Shown here: positions 9,563-19,934 of the stretch, piece by piece
Layout: every line of letters begins with the position of its first letter
Position numbering within the stretch: the stretch's first letter is position 1
Assembly: GCA_019347675.1 (NCBI GenBank)
Contig: JAHWKW010000004.1
Location: forward strand, 104,123 to 168,122
Length of the DNA: 64,000 nucleotides
Origin: Actinomycetota bacterium
GTDB taxonomy: Bacteria; Actinomycetota; Nitriliruptoria; Nitriliruptorales; JAHWKO01
Direction of reading: 5' to 3'
Program-made: the position numbers and the translations under genes
Notes under the pieces: generated by a model
What the model saw: the letters and a program-made list of their open reading frames with translations, nothing else
Databases searched by the model: none
What the model was told of the DNA's origin: nothing

Positions 9563-11643
9563 CTGCTCGCCATGGGCAGAGCGGCCGTGACGCGCAGGCC
9601 TCCGCCTGGATCGGCGGACAGGCGGACCTCTCCTCCGAGTTCTGCGGCGCGTTCTCGCATGGAGCGGAGACCGACACCTGGTGGAGGGTGCCCGCGGATG
9701 CCCGCGCCGTCGTCCTCGACGACGACCCGCAGGGCGTCCTCACGGACCTCCAGCTGGACGCGGCAGGAGGAGGCGCGTGCGTGACGGACCCTTGGTGAGG
9801 GCCTCCGCGACGATCCGGTAGGCAGCGACCTCCACCGCAGCCGGCAGATGGTCCAGGTTCCCCTCGGGTTCGACGCGGACTCTCAGCTCCGGTGTCGTGA
9901 GTTGCCGGGCCAGTTCCTCCACTGCGCGGAGGAGCCCCAGCTCGTCGAGGGCCGCTGGACGGAGCCCTTCGACCAGCGTGCGTATGACCCGCACAGTGTC
10001 GCGCACCCGGCGCGTCACCTCGTCGAGACGTGCTCGCAGGACCTCGGCGTCGTCTGCCTCCAGGCTTGCCTGTTCGACCCGCAGCGCGATGGCGGCGAGC
10101 GTGGGACCGAGCTCGTCGTGAAGGTCACGCCGGATGCGACGGCGCTCCTCCTCCCGGGCGGTCAACAACCGGGCACGGGAGGCCAGCAGCTCGTCGTGGA
10201 GGCGGTCCGCGTGCAGCGCGACCGCGACATGGCGCGCAAGGTCCTCCAGCAGCCGCTCCTCGGACGGATGGAGATGATCGCCTTCTCGCAGGGCCACACG
10301 GAGGCTGCCGACCGGTTCGCCGCGGAACGCGAGCGGGATGTCGCGCCCGGGGCCGGTCAGCTCACCGACCCCGACCAGGTCCCGCCCGTCCACCCGGATC
10401 GAGGCGCCCGCGAGCCGCAGCGCCTGCACGACCGCTTCGGTGACGCCCTCCAGCAGGCGGTCACGTTCGCCTGCCGCCGCGAGATGCTCGCCGAGGCGGG
10501 ACAGCGTCGTGTAGGGGTCTTCCCGTTCGCCGTAGAGCAGCCGGTTCGTGAGGCGCTGCGCCCGCTCCCGCAGCGGTTGAACGGCCAAGGCCACCAGCCC
10601 GGCGGCGATGAGTGGCGCGCCTGCGGTCCCCCCGAGAACGCCGCCGAGCGCCGCAACGGTCCCCACGTACACGACCAGGATCATCACCGTCGTGAGGCTG
10701 TAGACGAGCGACCGCCTGATGACCAGATCAACGTCCCACAGGCGGTGGCGCACGATCGCCACACCGACGGACGCGGGCAGCAGGCCCACACCGAGCGACG
10801 CCGGCAGCGCGCTTTCGGGCCCGAGCGCCACGGAGGACCCGATAACCAGGACCATTGCGCAGGTTCCGAGCAGGGCCCACTTGAGCTGCGCGCGCTCGAC
10901 GCCGTTGGAGCGGGCGAAGCGCCACGCGAACGACGACAGGCTGGCGACGAGCGCCGCCAGCGCCAGCGCGAAACCGACGTCGTACACGCGCCGTCCGCCC
11001 ACGACCGCGAGCGGGTTCGTGACGTCGGCCGACGGCTCGACGTTGATCTGCCCGTAGGGCGTCAACGCCCAGCCCACGACAAGGACCACAAGCGCGAGCC
11101 CGGTCCACAGCTCGACGATCCGCCACCGCGGCCCGTGGAGGCGACCGTTCGGGAACCGGAGCACCAGCCACGTTGGGATAGCCCAGAGAGCAGGGACCCA
11201 GACCCACGTCGAGATCCAGATCGCCCACTCGGGCAACGGCCATCCCCTGGGGAGCCCCAGGTTGCCGTAGGCCTCGAGCGCGTAGGAGAGGGTGAAGCCC
11301 CACGCGATGCCGGCAGCCACGCGGGCGACGGCATTGCCCGGTTGGTGCCGGGCCACCACCACCGCCACCGCCGAGAACGACACGGCGGCGATCACGGCGA
11401 ACAGATCGAACTGAGCCACGAAGCCCTGGAAGCCCGCCCGCCCCTCGAGCAGGGCGACGACGATCAGTGCTGCCGTCAGCAGCAGCACCGGAGCGGCTGC
11501 GAACGCCGGGAGCAGCCGGCCCGGCGGCCAGGCGGGCGCACTCAGGCCGTCTGGGGGCGCAGGTGCGGTGAGGTTCACCGGCGAAGGATCCCTCGCCGCA
11601 CGCGACGGAGCACGTTTCGCGACGTCCCGTCCCGCAACCGGCA
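9559..11643 (-). pseudogene. Multi-pass membrane sensor histidine kinase (HisKA_3 type), reading frame broken near 9790
   Basis: ORF 9740..11692 carries ~9 TM helices and the H-box RRDLHDELGPTL, but ends ...AAYRIVAEALTKGPSRT. Shifting frame at accaagggtccg (complement of 9781-9796) restores VRHARASSCRVQLEVREDALRVVVEDDGAGIRG...GVGLRSMRERAAELGGEVRLSADPGGGLRVTAALP, which stops at 9559 overlapping the regulator ATG. Likely start is ATG 11643, directly after the cupredoxin stop. This could be an assembly indel rather than a true pseudogene. Confidence 0.7.
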
Positions 11644-11970
11644 TCAGGACGTGACCTCCACCAGACCGCGCATCCCGGCATGCAGTGAGCATGCGTCGCG
11701 ATACACGCCCGGCCTGTCGAAGCGGTGCGCCACCAGACCTTCGACCTGCATCGGGGCGGAGAACCCCGCACCGATGAGGTCATGACGGTGCCGGCCTTCC
11801 CAGCGCCACGTCACCGTGCTTCCGACCGGCACGACGATCGCGTCCGGCTCGAAATCGTCGTTCGTGACACGGTGGTCACCCCGCGCACACGGGGACCCGC
11901 CGCGATCTGCACTGAAACCAGCCACCATCCCGCGACGACCGCGGCCGCAACGAGGACACGGCAGCGGCAA
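11644..11970 (-). CDS. Cupredoxin-like (type-1 copper site) protein
   Basis: 108 aa with C-terminal YRDACSLHAGMRGLVEV (C-x2-H-x2-M) and an upstream His-rich RHRHD, as in plastocyanin/amicyanin-like folds. The start may instead be the internal MVAGF. Confidence 0.55.
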   Translation of the reverse strand: MPLPCPRCGRGRRGMVAGFSADRGGSPCARGDHRVTNDDFEPDAIVVPVGSTVTWRWEGRHRHDLIGAGFSAPMQVEGLVAHRFDRPGVYRDACSLHAGMRGLVEVTS

Positions 11971-11985
11971 AGCGGCCGGGACGGG

Positions 11986-12393
11986 TCACGGGCGCGACGT
12001 CACGTAGCGGCGGGTCGGCGGCACGTTCAGGGAAACCAGGATGATCACCTGCACGGCGGCGAACACGAACGCCTCCTGTTCGCCCTCGATGATGATCTTC
12101 TGCACCGATCCCCACAGGAAGTGCACCGCCAGGATGACGTTCGCCAGCAACCAGCCCCGACGCGGGCTGCGCGACAGCAAGATCGCCGCAGCCGCGTACC
12201 CGAGGCCAGCGGTGACGAGGGCGATGCCCAGCGCGACCGTGCCCGGCGCGCCCGGCATCAGGTTGAAGATCATCCCGCCGACGGCTGTGAAGAAAGCCAG
12301 CGGCACAAGCAGCGCCTGCGCGACCCGGACGGCGGCCGGCACCCGGGCCGGGCGGGTCCCCTGCGTCGCCTCGCGCGTGGTGAGCGGAGCCAT
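11986..12393 (-). CDS. Small integral membrane protein (3-4 TM)
   Basis: Internal ATG (12393) of ORF 11986..12678 gives 135 aa with hydrophobic segments (ALLVPLAFFTAVGGMIF, VALGIALVTAGLGYAAAAILL, WLLANVILAVHFLW, FVFAAVQVIILVSL). The upstream part of the ORF does not look like coding sequence. Confidence 0.5.
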   Translation of the reverse strand: MAPLTTREATQGTRPARVPAAVRVAQALLVPLAFFTAVGGMIFNLMPGAPGTVALGIALVTAGLGYAAAAILLSRSPRRGWLLANVILAVHFLWGSVQKIIIEGEQEAFVFAAVQVIILVSLNVPPTRRYVTSRP

Positions 12394-13141
12394 GTGGTCC
12401 TCCTCGAGTTCGTGGCCGAGCGGTTCCGCCCGGCGGGAAGGACGATGCCCCACGCTCGCCGGGCAGTCATGAGTTCCGTGTCCCGAATATGTGTGGGACA
12501 GGCTGTCCCGAACCACCTCGACCGAGATGTTGAGGGTCCCCGTCCCCGAGCGGGTTCGCTCCGGTCCCGCCGCCCCCGTGAGGGCTCTCCTCCCGACGCC
12601 CGTGGCATCCGCATCCTGGCCGGCGTCAGCCTGCTGTTGGCGGGGATCCTCAACGGTCTGCCGCAGTACGTCACCCATCTCATGGACGGTGATCTCATGT
12701 TTCCCGAGTAGGTGAGGTACGGAGCAGCAGGCACGCCGGTGTCGTTCAGGCCGAACAACTCGCCTAATGCCAGCATGCTGTTCGTTCCGCTCGGCTGCTC
12801 GGCGTGGGACTTCTTCCTCGCCCCCGTCGGCCCCTCGAGCCGAACCTGCTGCTGATCGTGGCGTGGGGATGGATGGGCGCCCACCTCATCCGGATGCCCG
12901 AGGCCGTCTGGCGCGGCGAGCGAACCCTCCCTGACGCTTCTTGACGCGTGACGAGCCGCCCCGGTCTCTTCATCGCTGGCCTCTCCTCCGAGTTTGACAC
13001 GCACGGTGCGAGCGCCGGTACGGACGATCACCCGGCGGGCACCTGGCGTGATGACCCCGGCCGAGCCGTTGGTCGTTCCTCGAGTGAAACGCCGCAACGG
13101 AAAATGGAGGATCCTGCTACTGCCGTTCGGAGCAGTAGCGA

Positions 13142-13480
13142 TCACTCGCCGTAGAGCTCGAGTCGGATGTCCTCGAGAGGGGAGAAGTCGCGCGGTTGCG
13201 CGTGAAGAGCGGAAGTCCATTCGCGAGGGCGACCGCCGCGATGAGAAGGTCGATCGCCCGCGCGCCGCGGCGTACGGTCGCTTGAGCCGTCGCGACGTAC
13301 ACACGCCCGTACGCGCGGGCTGCCTCGTTGTCGAAGGGCAGGGGGTCGAGCAACGCCTCCACGCGCTCGAGCCGGTCTTGCCGCCGTGCACGTTCGGCAG
13401 CATCGTCGGTGGCGTGGGCCCCGCAGCGAGTTCGGCCAGCGTCAACGCGGAGGTCGCTGGTTCGAGCCGGGGCGTGTCCG
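13142..13480 (-). pseudogene. VapC-like PIN-domain toxin remnant (two frameshifts)
   Basis: ORF 13117..13362 reads VEALLDPLPFDNEAARAYGRVYV...RAIDLLIAAVALANGLPLFTRNRA. A 1-nt shift restores DFSPLEDIRLELYGE stop (13142). Upstream, SALTLAELAAGP sits in another frame (break at ggggccc ~13395). No cognate vapB recognised. Confidence 0.5.
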
Positions 13481-13504
13481 CCTCGATGCTGCCCGGAACG
13501 GCGA

Positions 13505-13526
13505 CGCCCCCGGCGAACCGGGGGCG
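13505..13526 (-). terminator. Hairpin immediately downstream of cspA
   Basis: Perfect 9-bp GC stem with a tetraloop (cgcccccgg cgaa ccgggggcg on the plus strand), 19 nt after the cspA stop. No U tract. Confidence 0.4.
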
Positions 13527-13544
13527 CGTGGCCGTACGCGGTGA

Positions 13545-13748
13545 TCAGGCTGGCTGGACGTTGCTGGCCTGCGGGCCTTTCTGACCCTGGGTCACCTCGT
13601 AGGTCACCTTCTGGCCCTCGTTCAGGCTCTTGTAGCCTGGCACCTGGATGGCGGAGAAGTGTACGAACAGGTCCTCCCCGCCCTCGTCAGGCTGGATGAA
13701 CCCGTAGCCCTTGTCCGCGTTGAACCACTTGACAGTTCCCTGAGGCAT
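13545..13748 (-). CDS. cspA: Cold-shock protein (CSD)
   Basis: The last 67 codons of the 725-aa ORF 13545..15722: [64 protein letters not shown] (RNP1 KGYGFI, RNP2 VFVHF-like). The rest of that ORF is antisense to herA. Confidence 0.9.
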   Translation of the reverse strand: MPQGTVKWFNADKGYGFIQPDEGGEDLFVHFSAIQVPGYKSLNEGQKVTYEVTQGQKGPQASNVQPA

Positions 13749-13849
13749 GCATCTTGCCCTTCGTGTTCTCGCGCCGTTCCGATGCCCGCACAGGCCGTCG
13801 ACGTGCGCTGTGGCTGGTGTTGCGCGAGGGACGGTAACACGCAGCCGCG

Positions 13850-14000
13850 CTCCGCGCCGGAGGCGGCTCCCGGCGTGACGGGCGGGGGGTCCGTGCGGCT
13901 CTCCGCGCCCGCTCCGCGCCGGAGGCGGCTCCCGGCGTGACGGGCGGGGGGTCCCTGCGGCTCTCCGCGCCCGCTCCGCGCCGGAGGCGGCTCCCGGCGC
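13850..14000. repeat. 62-bp tandem repeat, 2 full copies plus a 27-nt third
   Basis: The unit gctccgcgccggaggcggctcccggcgtgacgggcggggggtccgtgcggctctccgcgccc starts at 13850, 13912 and 13974. Copies 1 and 2 differ at 1 position. Lies in the divergent cspA/herA intergenic region. Confidence 0.85.
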
Positions 14001-14069
14001 GAGCCGTCCGCCCCCTGCGACGCACCCCCCGGTTACCCTGCGGCGTCGACGACGCGGGAGCCTGGGAAC

Positions 14070-15779
14070 GTGGACGACGCTGTGGTGGGCCGGGTGATCG
14101 GGACCGAGGACGCCACCCCGCTGGAGTTCTGGGTCGCGATCGCCGACGGCAGGTTCCTGCAGCTCGACGACGTGGTGGCGTTGGCGCGGACGCCACCGGG
14201 CCGCGATCCGGTCCGCATCTACGGGATCGTGACGCAGGTCCGCGCCCGGCACGAGGGGGCCCGCTTCGACAGCGACGTGTTCCTGATCGAGGACGGGGTG
14301 TTGCCGGCGGAGGTCTGCGAGGCCGCGCAGATCCTGGCGACCCGCTTCGAACCGGAGGTGTTCGTCCCGCCGCTGCCCGGCCAGCCGGTCCGCCGTGCCG
14401 AGGGTGTCGAACGCCACGAGGCGCTGTTCTTCGACGGGATGGTCCGCCGGCTCCCGGCCGGCCTGTCCCGCGACGACGAGCCGGTGTACATCAACCTGGA
14501 GTTCCTCGACGGTACCCGCGGCGCGCACGTCAACATCAGCGGCGTGTCGGGGGTGGCCACCAAGACCAGCTACGCCACCTTCCTGCTGCACAGCCTGTTC
14601 ACGTCGGGGGTGCTCGGCGGGGCGGTGAACACCAAGGCGCTGGTGTTCAACGTCAAGGGTGAGGACCTGCTGTTCCTGGATCGGCCGAACCTCAAGCTCG
14701 ACGAGGAGCAGCGCGACCGGTACCGCCGCCTGGGTCTGGAAGCCACACCGTTCGGCTCGGTGGAGCTGTGGGCGCCGCCACGGCGCGGGGCGACGACCGC
14801 AGCGGCCGACACCGGTGCCCGCAGCGAAGGCGTGCGGGCGTTCTTCTGGACGATCGAGGAGTTCTGCGCCGACGGGCTGCTTGAGTTCCTCTTCGCTGAC
14901 GCCCAGGACGACCGCCAGCAGTACACCATGGTGGTCCACAACGTGATGGCGCGTCTGAAGGAGGCCGCTCCGACCGGCGACGGCGGCGTCACCATCGACG
15001 GGGTGACGGTGCGCACGTTCCGGGCGCTGGTGGACGTGATCCGCGACCGGGCCGAGGACGACGACCCGGTCGTCCGTGAGCGCTGGGCGGGACGCGCCAT
15101 CGGGCAGGGCACGGTGCACGCGTTCGTCCGCCGACTGTACGCGACGCAGCGTCACGTCGAGCACCTGATCCGCGGTGACGTCGCTCACCCCGAGCGTCAC
15201 CGCATCACACGCCACGCGCAGGTGACGGTGGTGGACATCCACAACCTCAACGACCGGGCGAAGCGCTTCGTGGTCGGCGTGACGCTGCGGCGGGCGTTCG
15301 ATGACAAGGAACGGTCTGGTCAGGCCGATCCGCTGCTGTTCGTTGTCCTCGATGAGCTGAACAAGTACGCCCCGCGGGACGGTTCCAGCCCGATCAAGGA
15401 GCTGCTGCTGGACGTCGCCGAGCGGGGCCGGTCCCTGGGGATCATCCTGATCGGCGCGCAGCAGACCGCCAGCGAGGTGGAGCGGCGCGTGATCGCCAAC
15501 TCCGCGGTCCGGGTGGTGGGCCGCCTCGACAGCGCCGAGGCATCCCGCGAGGAGTACGGGTTCCTCCCCACTGCCCACCGTCAGCGCGCCACCATCGTCA
15601 AGCCCGGGACCATGATCCTGGCCCAGCCGGAGCTGCCGGTCCCGCTGATGCTGGAGTTCCCCTTCCCGGCGTGGGCGACCCGCGCGGTCGAAGCCGGCGC
15701 TGACCCCCAACCTGGCGACCACCCGGCCGACCCCTTCGAGGGGCTCACCGCCGACATCGACACGGGCCTGCCGTTCTAG
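14070..15779 (+). CDS. herA: HerA-like (FtsK-HerA superfamily, DUF87) ATPase
   Basis: 569 aa. N-terminal barrel-like [34 protein letters not shown]-loop variant [14 protein letters not shown], Walker [23 protein letters not shown]. Confidence 0.75.
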   Translation: MDDAVVGRVIGTEDATPLEFWVAIADGRFLQLDDVVALARTPPGRDPVRIYGIVTQVRARHEGARFDSDVFLIEDGVLPAEVCEAAQILATRFEPEVFVPPLPGQPVRRAEGVERHEALFFDGMVRRLPAGLSRDDEPVYINLEFLDGTRGAHVNISGVSGVATKTSYATFLLHSLFTSGVLGGAVNTKALVFNVKGEDLLFLDRPNLKLDEEQRDRYRRLGLEATPFGSVELWAPPRRGATTAAADTGARSEGVRAFFWTIEEFCADGLLEFLFADAQDDRQQYTMVVHNVMARLKEAAPTGDGGVTIDGVTVRTFRALVDVIRDRAEDDDPVVRERWAGRAIGQGTVHAFVRRLYATQRHVEHLIRGDVAHPERHRITRHAQVTVVDIHNLNDRAKRFVVGVTLRRAFDDKERSGQADPLLFVVLDELNKYAPRDGSSPIKELLLDVAERGRSLGIILIGAQQTASEVERRVIANSAVRVVGRLDSAEASREEYGFLPTAHRQRATIVKPGTMILAQPELPVPLMLEFPFPAWATRAVEAGADPQPGDHPADPFEGLTADIDTGLPF

Positions 15780-15810
15780 TCCCGCCGCGGGAGCCGGTTA
15801 TCGTCGCAGC

Positions 15811-16299
15811 ATGCACGTCGTGGTCCTCGCCGATACCCACATCAAGCGGGGCTCGTCACGTCGGCTCCCGCCGACAGCGCGGGCCGCGGTCGAGGAGGCA
15901 GACCGCATCCTGCACGCCGGGGACATCGTCATCGGCGAGGTCCTCGACGAGCTGGGCGGGTACGCACCCGTCCACGCGGTCCTCGGGAACAACGACCGCG
16001 AACTCGTCGGCGACCTCCCGGAGACGCTCCAGATCGATCTCGACGGGCTGCAGGTGGCGATGGTCCACGACAGCGGACCCCGACCCGGCCGGGCTGGGCG
16101 GCTACGGCGGCGGTTCCCCGACGCCGGCCTGGTCGTGTTCGGCCACAGCCATCAGCCGGTGAACGAGCCGGGCATCGACGGGCAGTGGCTGCTCAACCCC
16201 GGCTCACCGACCGAACGTCGCCGCCAGCCGCACCACACCATCGCGATGTTCGACGTCGACGACGGCGTCCTGGTCGACCCACGCATCGTGGTGGTCTGA
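15811..16299 (+). CDS. YfcE/MJ0936-type metallophosphoesterase
   Basis: 162 aa with LADTHI, HAGDIV, LGNND, FGHSHQP motifs. Confidence 0.8.
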   Translation: MHVVVLADTHIKRGSSRRLPPTARAAVEEADRILHAGDIVIGEVLDELGGYAPVHAVLGNNDRELVGDLPETLQIDLDGLQVAMVHDSGPRPGRAGRLRRRFPDAGLVVFGHSHQPVNEPGIDGQWLLNPGSPTERRRQPHHTIAMFDVDDGVLVDPRIVVV

Positions 16300-16387
16300 G
16301 AAACGCCGGGCCACGTGCTCGCGGTGGCGCCTGCGTCCGCGTGTCGCAGCCGCCGCGTAGCCTGCCGTCCTCGCCGGGAGGACAGCC

Positions 16388-17542
16388 GTGAGGATCCTGC
16401 ACACCTCCGACTGGCACGTCGGGCGCACCATTCGGGGACGCAGCCGCGCGGACGAACACCGCGCCGCACTGTCGGAGATCACACGGATCGCCGCCGACGA
16501 GGGCGTCGACCTGGTCGTGGTCGCCGGGGACCTGTTCGACACCGCCGCGCCGACCGCCGAGGCCGAGCGCATCGTGTACCGCGCGCTGCTGGAGCTGGCC
16601 GCCACCGGGGCCGACGTCGTGGTCGTCGCCGGCAACCACGACCACCCACGGCGCCTCGAGGCGGTCGCGCCACTGCTGAACCTGGCCCGTGTCCACACCC
16701 GGGCACGGCTGGCCCGCCCCGACGAGGGCGGCGTGGTGGACGTCACCGCCCGGGGTGGCGAGGTCGCCCGGATCGCGCTCCTGCCGTTCCTGTCGCAGCG
16801 GTCGATCGTGACCGCCGACGACCTGATGGCCCTCGACGCCGACCAGCACGCCGGGCGGTACGCCGAACGCTGCCGACAGATCGTCGCTGCGCTCACGACC
16901 GGGTTCACCACCGACACGGTCAACATCGTCGTGGCCCACCTGACGGTCGTGGGTGGTGTGCTGGGCGGAGGCGAGCGGCAGGCTCACAGCATCTTCGACT
17001 ACGTCGTCCCCACGCAGGTGTTCCCGGCCACCTCCCACTACGTCGCGCTGGGCCACCTGCACCGTCCCCAGACCATCCCCGGGCCGTGCCCGATCCGCTA
17101 CAGCGGTTCCCCTCTGCAGCTGGACTTCGGCGAGGCGCGCGGTGACAAGGTCGTCACGATCGTCGACGCGACCCCCGGCGCGCCGGCGCAGATCCGCAAC
17201 GTGCGGTTGCGTGCCGGACGGCGGCTGCGCACCGTCAGCGGCACGCTCGAGGAGCTGGCCGAGGCCGACTTCGGCGACGACTACCTGCGGATCGTGCTGG
17301 AGGAACCCGCCCGCCCGGGCCTCGCCGACGAGGCCCGGGCGCGCTTCCCCCACGCGGTCGACGTCACGGTCGCCGCCGCGGAACTGCGCGACGACCCCGG
17401 TGACTGGTCGATCGCCGGTTTCCAGCGGTCACCTTCAGACCTGTTCAGCGAGTACCTGACCGAGATCGGTCACGACGATCCCGCGCTCGGCACCCTGTTC
17501 CGCCAACTGCTGGAGGAGGCTCATGCGTCCGACCCGGCTTGA
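16388..17542 (+). CDS. sbcD: Exonuclease SbcD / Mre11-like nuclease
   Basis: MRILHTSDWHVG, VVAGDLFD, VVAGNHD. GTG start; overlaps sbcC by 20 nt. Confidence 0.85.
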   Translation: MRILHTSDWHVGRTIRGRSRADEHRAALSEITRIAADEGVDLVVVAGDLFDTAAPTAEAERIVYRALLELAATGADVVVVAGNHDHPRRLEAVAPLLNLARVHTRARLARPDEGGVVDVTARGGEVARIALLPFLSQRSIVTADDLMALDADQHAGRYAERCRQIVAALTTGFTTDTVNIVVAHLTVVGGVLGGGERQAHSIFDYVVPTQVFPATSHYVALGHLHRPQTIPGPCPIRYSGSPLQLDFGEARGDKVVTIVDATPGAPAQIRNVRLRAGRRLRTVSGTLEELAEADFGDDYLRIVLEEPARPGLADEARARFPHAVDVTVAAAELRDDPGDWSIAGFQRSPSDLFSEYLTEIGHDDPALGTLFRQLLEEAHASDPA

Positions 17543-19934
17543 GGTGGCAGGGTTCGCGTCCTTCCGTGAGCCGGCGGCCGTCGACCTCGACGGGGTCGAC
17601 CTGTTCGCGTTCACCGGCCCCACCGGGAGCGGCAAGACCAGCCTGCTCGACGCGATCACCTTCGCCCTGTACGGGTCGGTGGCCCGCTACGACGACCGTC
17701 GCCTGGTCGCGCCGGTCATCAGCCAGGGCAGGGTGGAGGCGCGGGTCCGCCTCGATTTCCGGGTCGGCGACCGGCCGTACACGGCGGTTCGGGTGGTGCG
17801 CCGCACATCCAGCGGTGGCGCGTCGACGCGTGAAGCTCGTCTCGAGAGCGCCGGCACGACGCTGGCCGGGAACGAGCGTGAGCTGACCGCCACGGTCGAG
17901 GGCCTGTTGGGCCTGACGTTCGAGCACTTCATCCGCTGCGTCGTCCTGCCCCAGGGCGACTTCCAGCGGTTCCTGCACGCCAAGCCCGGGGAGCGCCAGG
18001 ATCTGCTGATCCGGCTGTTGGACCTTGGGATCTACCGGCGGCTGGCCAGCCACGCCCGCGACCGGGCCGCACGCCGCGAGCAGGAGGAGCAGCTGCTCGC
18101 CCAGCGGCTCGAGACGGATCTGGCCGGCGCCACACCGAAGGCGCGCGCAGCCGCCCAGGCGCGTGTGCGCCAGCTCGACGAGCTGCTCGCGACGGTCGAG
18201 GCCGCCCGACCCGACCTGGATGCGCTGGCCGGTGAGGGGATGCGAGCCCGCGCGACAGCGGACGAGGCGGGGCGCCGCGCCGAGGCGCTGACCGGGGTGG
18301 CGGTCCCAGCCGACGTCGCCGCTCTGGCGGGGCGGTTGGCCGCCGCCAGCGGTGAGCTCCAGGCAGCCGAGGCGGCCGCGACCGCCGCAGCCGGCGACCT
18401 GGACGCCGCCGAGGACGCACGCGCTCAGCACCCGGACGTGGCTGCGCTGCAGTCTGCAGCCGGGGCCCTGCGCCGCCGGGGCGACCTCGTCACGGAACTC
18501 GACCGGGCCCGCAGCGACCATGCCACCGTGACAGCCGCGGCGGCGGCGATCGCCGCCCACGCGCAGCAGGCCGGACGGACAGTGCGCGACGCCCGCGCGA
18601 CGCTCGAGCAGCGCCGGCGCGACCACGCCGCGCACACCCTGAGCGCTGAGCTCCGTGCCGGACAGCCCTGTCCGGTGTGCCGGCAGGTGGTCGATACCGT
18701 GCCCACGGCGGATCTTCCCGGCGACCTCGTCGCGGCCCGCGACGCGCTGGCGGCGGCCGAGGATGCCGCTGCCCACGCCGAGGCGCAGCGGCGTCGGGCC
18801 GAGGCCGACGTCGGCATGGCCACGAGCCGCATCCAGAGCCTGGAACGCCAACTGGCCGACGTCGACGGCGATCTGCGGGTCGCGGCGGACGTCGTCGGTG
18901 GCGACGTCACCGCCGACGCGGTGCAGACAGCTCTGCGTGACGTCGCGGACGCCGACGCCGCCGTGGCGGCGGCCCGCGACGCCGAGCGCAGCGCCCGGCG
19001 ACGCCGTGCGGACGCCACCCAGGCGCTGCAGGATCTGACCGGAGCGATCGACGCGGCGTGGCAGGCCTTCGACGGGATCCGCGACGATCTCGCCGGTCTG
19101 GGACTGCAGCCGCCGACGGCCGACCGTGCCGACCTGGCCGGCAGCTGGGCAACGCTGGCAACGTGGGCGGCCCAGCACGCCCCCAACCAGCGCGAGGCCG
19201 CCGCAGCGGCCCGAGCCACGCTCGAGCGCTGTGAGCGGCGCTACCGCGCCCGGCTCGGTGAGCTCCGCACCGCCTGTGCCGGCGCCGGGGTCGACACCGA
19301 CGGCGAGCCGCGGGACGCGATCGTGGCGGCGCGCGCGGCCGCGCGAGCCGCCCTCGACCGTCTCGAGCGCGACCTGGCCGAAGCGGCTCGGGTCCGCCGG
19401 CGGCGCCGCGCCGCCGCCGAGGCGACCACGGTCGCACGCACGCTCGGCCGGCACCTCGACGCACGCAACTTCGAGCGGTGGCTGCTGGCGCGGGCGCTCC
19501 GTCGGCTGCTGGCCGGGGCGTCGACGATCCTGCGTGACCTGTCGGACGGGGCGTACTCGCTCACCCTCGACGACGGCGGCGCCTTCCAGGTCGTCGACCA
19601 TCGCAACGCCGACGAACGCCGGCCGGCGCGGACGCTGTCGGGCGGCGAGACGTTCCTGGCGTCGCTGGCGCTGGCTCTCTCGCTCGCCGAGCACCTGGCG
19701 GACCTGGCCGCGCACGGTTCGGCCCGCCTCGACGCCCTGTTCCTCGACGAAGGCTTCGGGACCCTGGACGCCGACACGCTCGACACGGTCGCCGCCGCCA
19801 TCGAGGAGCTCGGGGCGCGCGGGCGGATGGTCGGGCTGGTCACCCACGTCCGCGAGCTGGCCGAACGCGTCCCCGTGCGCTACGAGGTCCGCAAGGTCGC
19901 CAGCAGCTCGACCGTCGACAAGGTGCCGGCGTGA
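17523..19934 (+). CDS. sbcC: SbcC / Rad50-like SMC-type ATPase
   Basis: 803 aa. Walker A FTGPTGSGKTS, coiled-coil Ala/Arg-rich middle with CPVC zinc hook, signature LSGGETF, Walker B LFLDEGFGTLD. GGAGGAGG Shine-Dalgarno. Confidence 0.85.
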   Translation: MRPTRLEVAGFASFREPAAVDLDGVDLFAFTGPTGSGKTSLLDAITFALYGSVARYDDRRLVAPVISQGRVEARVRLDFRVGDRPYTAVRVVRRTSSGGASTREARLESAGTTLAGNERELTATVEGLLGLTFEHFIRCVVLPQGDFQRFLHAKPGERQDLLIRLLDLGIYRRLASHARDRAARREQEEQLLAQRLETDLAGATPKARAAAQARVRQLDELLATVEAARPDLDALAGEGMRARATADEAGRRAEALTGVAVPADVAALAGRLAAASGELQAAEAAATAAAGDLDAAEDARAQHPDVAALQSAAGALRRRGDLVTELDRARSDHATVTAAAAAIAAHAQQAGRTVRDARATLEQRRRDHAAHTLSAELRAGQPCPVCRQVVDTVPTADLPGDLVAARDALAAAEDAAAHAEAQRRRAEADVGMATSRIQSLERQLADVDGDLRVAADVVGGDVTADAVQTALRDVADADAAVAAARDAERSARRRRADATQALQDLTGAIDAAWQAFDGIRDDLAGLGLQPPTADRADLAGSWATLATWAAQHAPNQREAAAAARATLERCERRYRARLGELRTACAGAGVDTDGEPRDAIVAARAAARAALDRLERDLAEAARVRRRRRAAAEATTVARTLGRHLDARNFERWLLARALRRLLAGASTILRDLSDGAYSLTLDDGGAFQVVDHRNADERRPARTLSGGETFLASLALALSLAEHLADLAAHGSARLDALFLDEGFGTLDADTLDTVAAAIEELGARGRMVGLVTHVRELAERVPVRYEVRKVASSSTVDKVPA

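Noticed and set aside
13850-14000. Tandem repeats as a possible CRISPR array (also 39773-39934 and 47904-48003)
   Set aside because: The repeat units are directly contiguous with no unique spacers. One set is in-frame coding sequence, and no cas genes are in the window.
13749-15722. The upstream ~650 codons of the 725-aa ORF 13545..15722
   Set aside because: Only the last 67 codons (cspA, with its own ATG at 13748) are credible. The remainder runs through the 62-bp tandem repeat and antisense to the herA-like gene.
17445-19847. 800-aa minus-strand ORF
   Set aside because: Antisense shadow of sbcC. Low-complexity Arg/Gly/Pro-rich composition, and sbcC on the plus strand has all its ATPase motifs.
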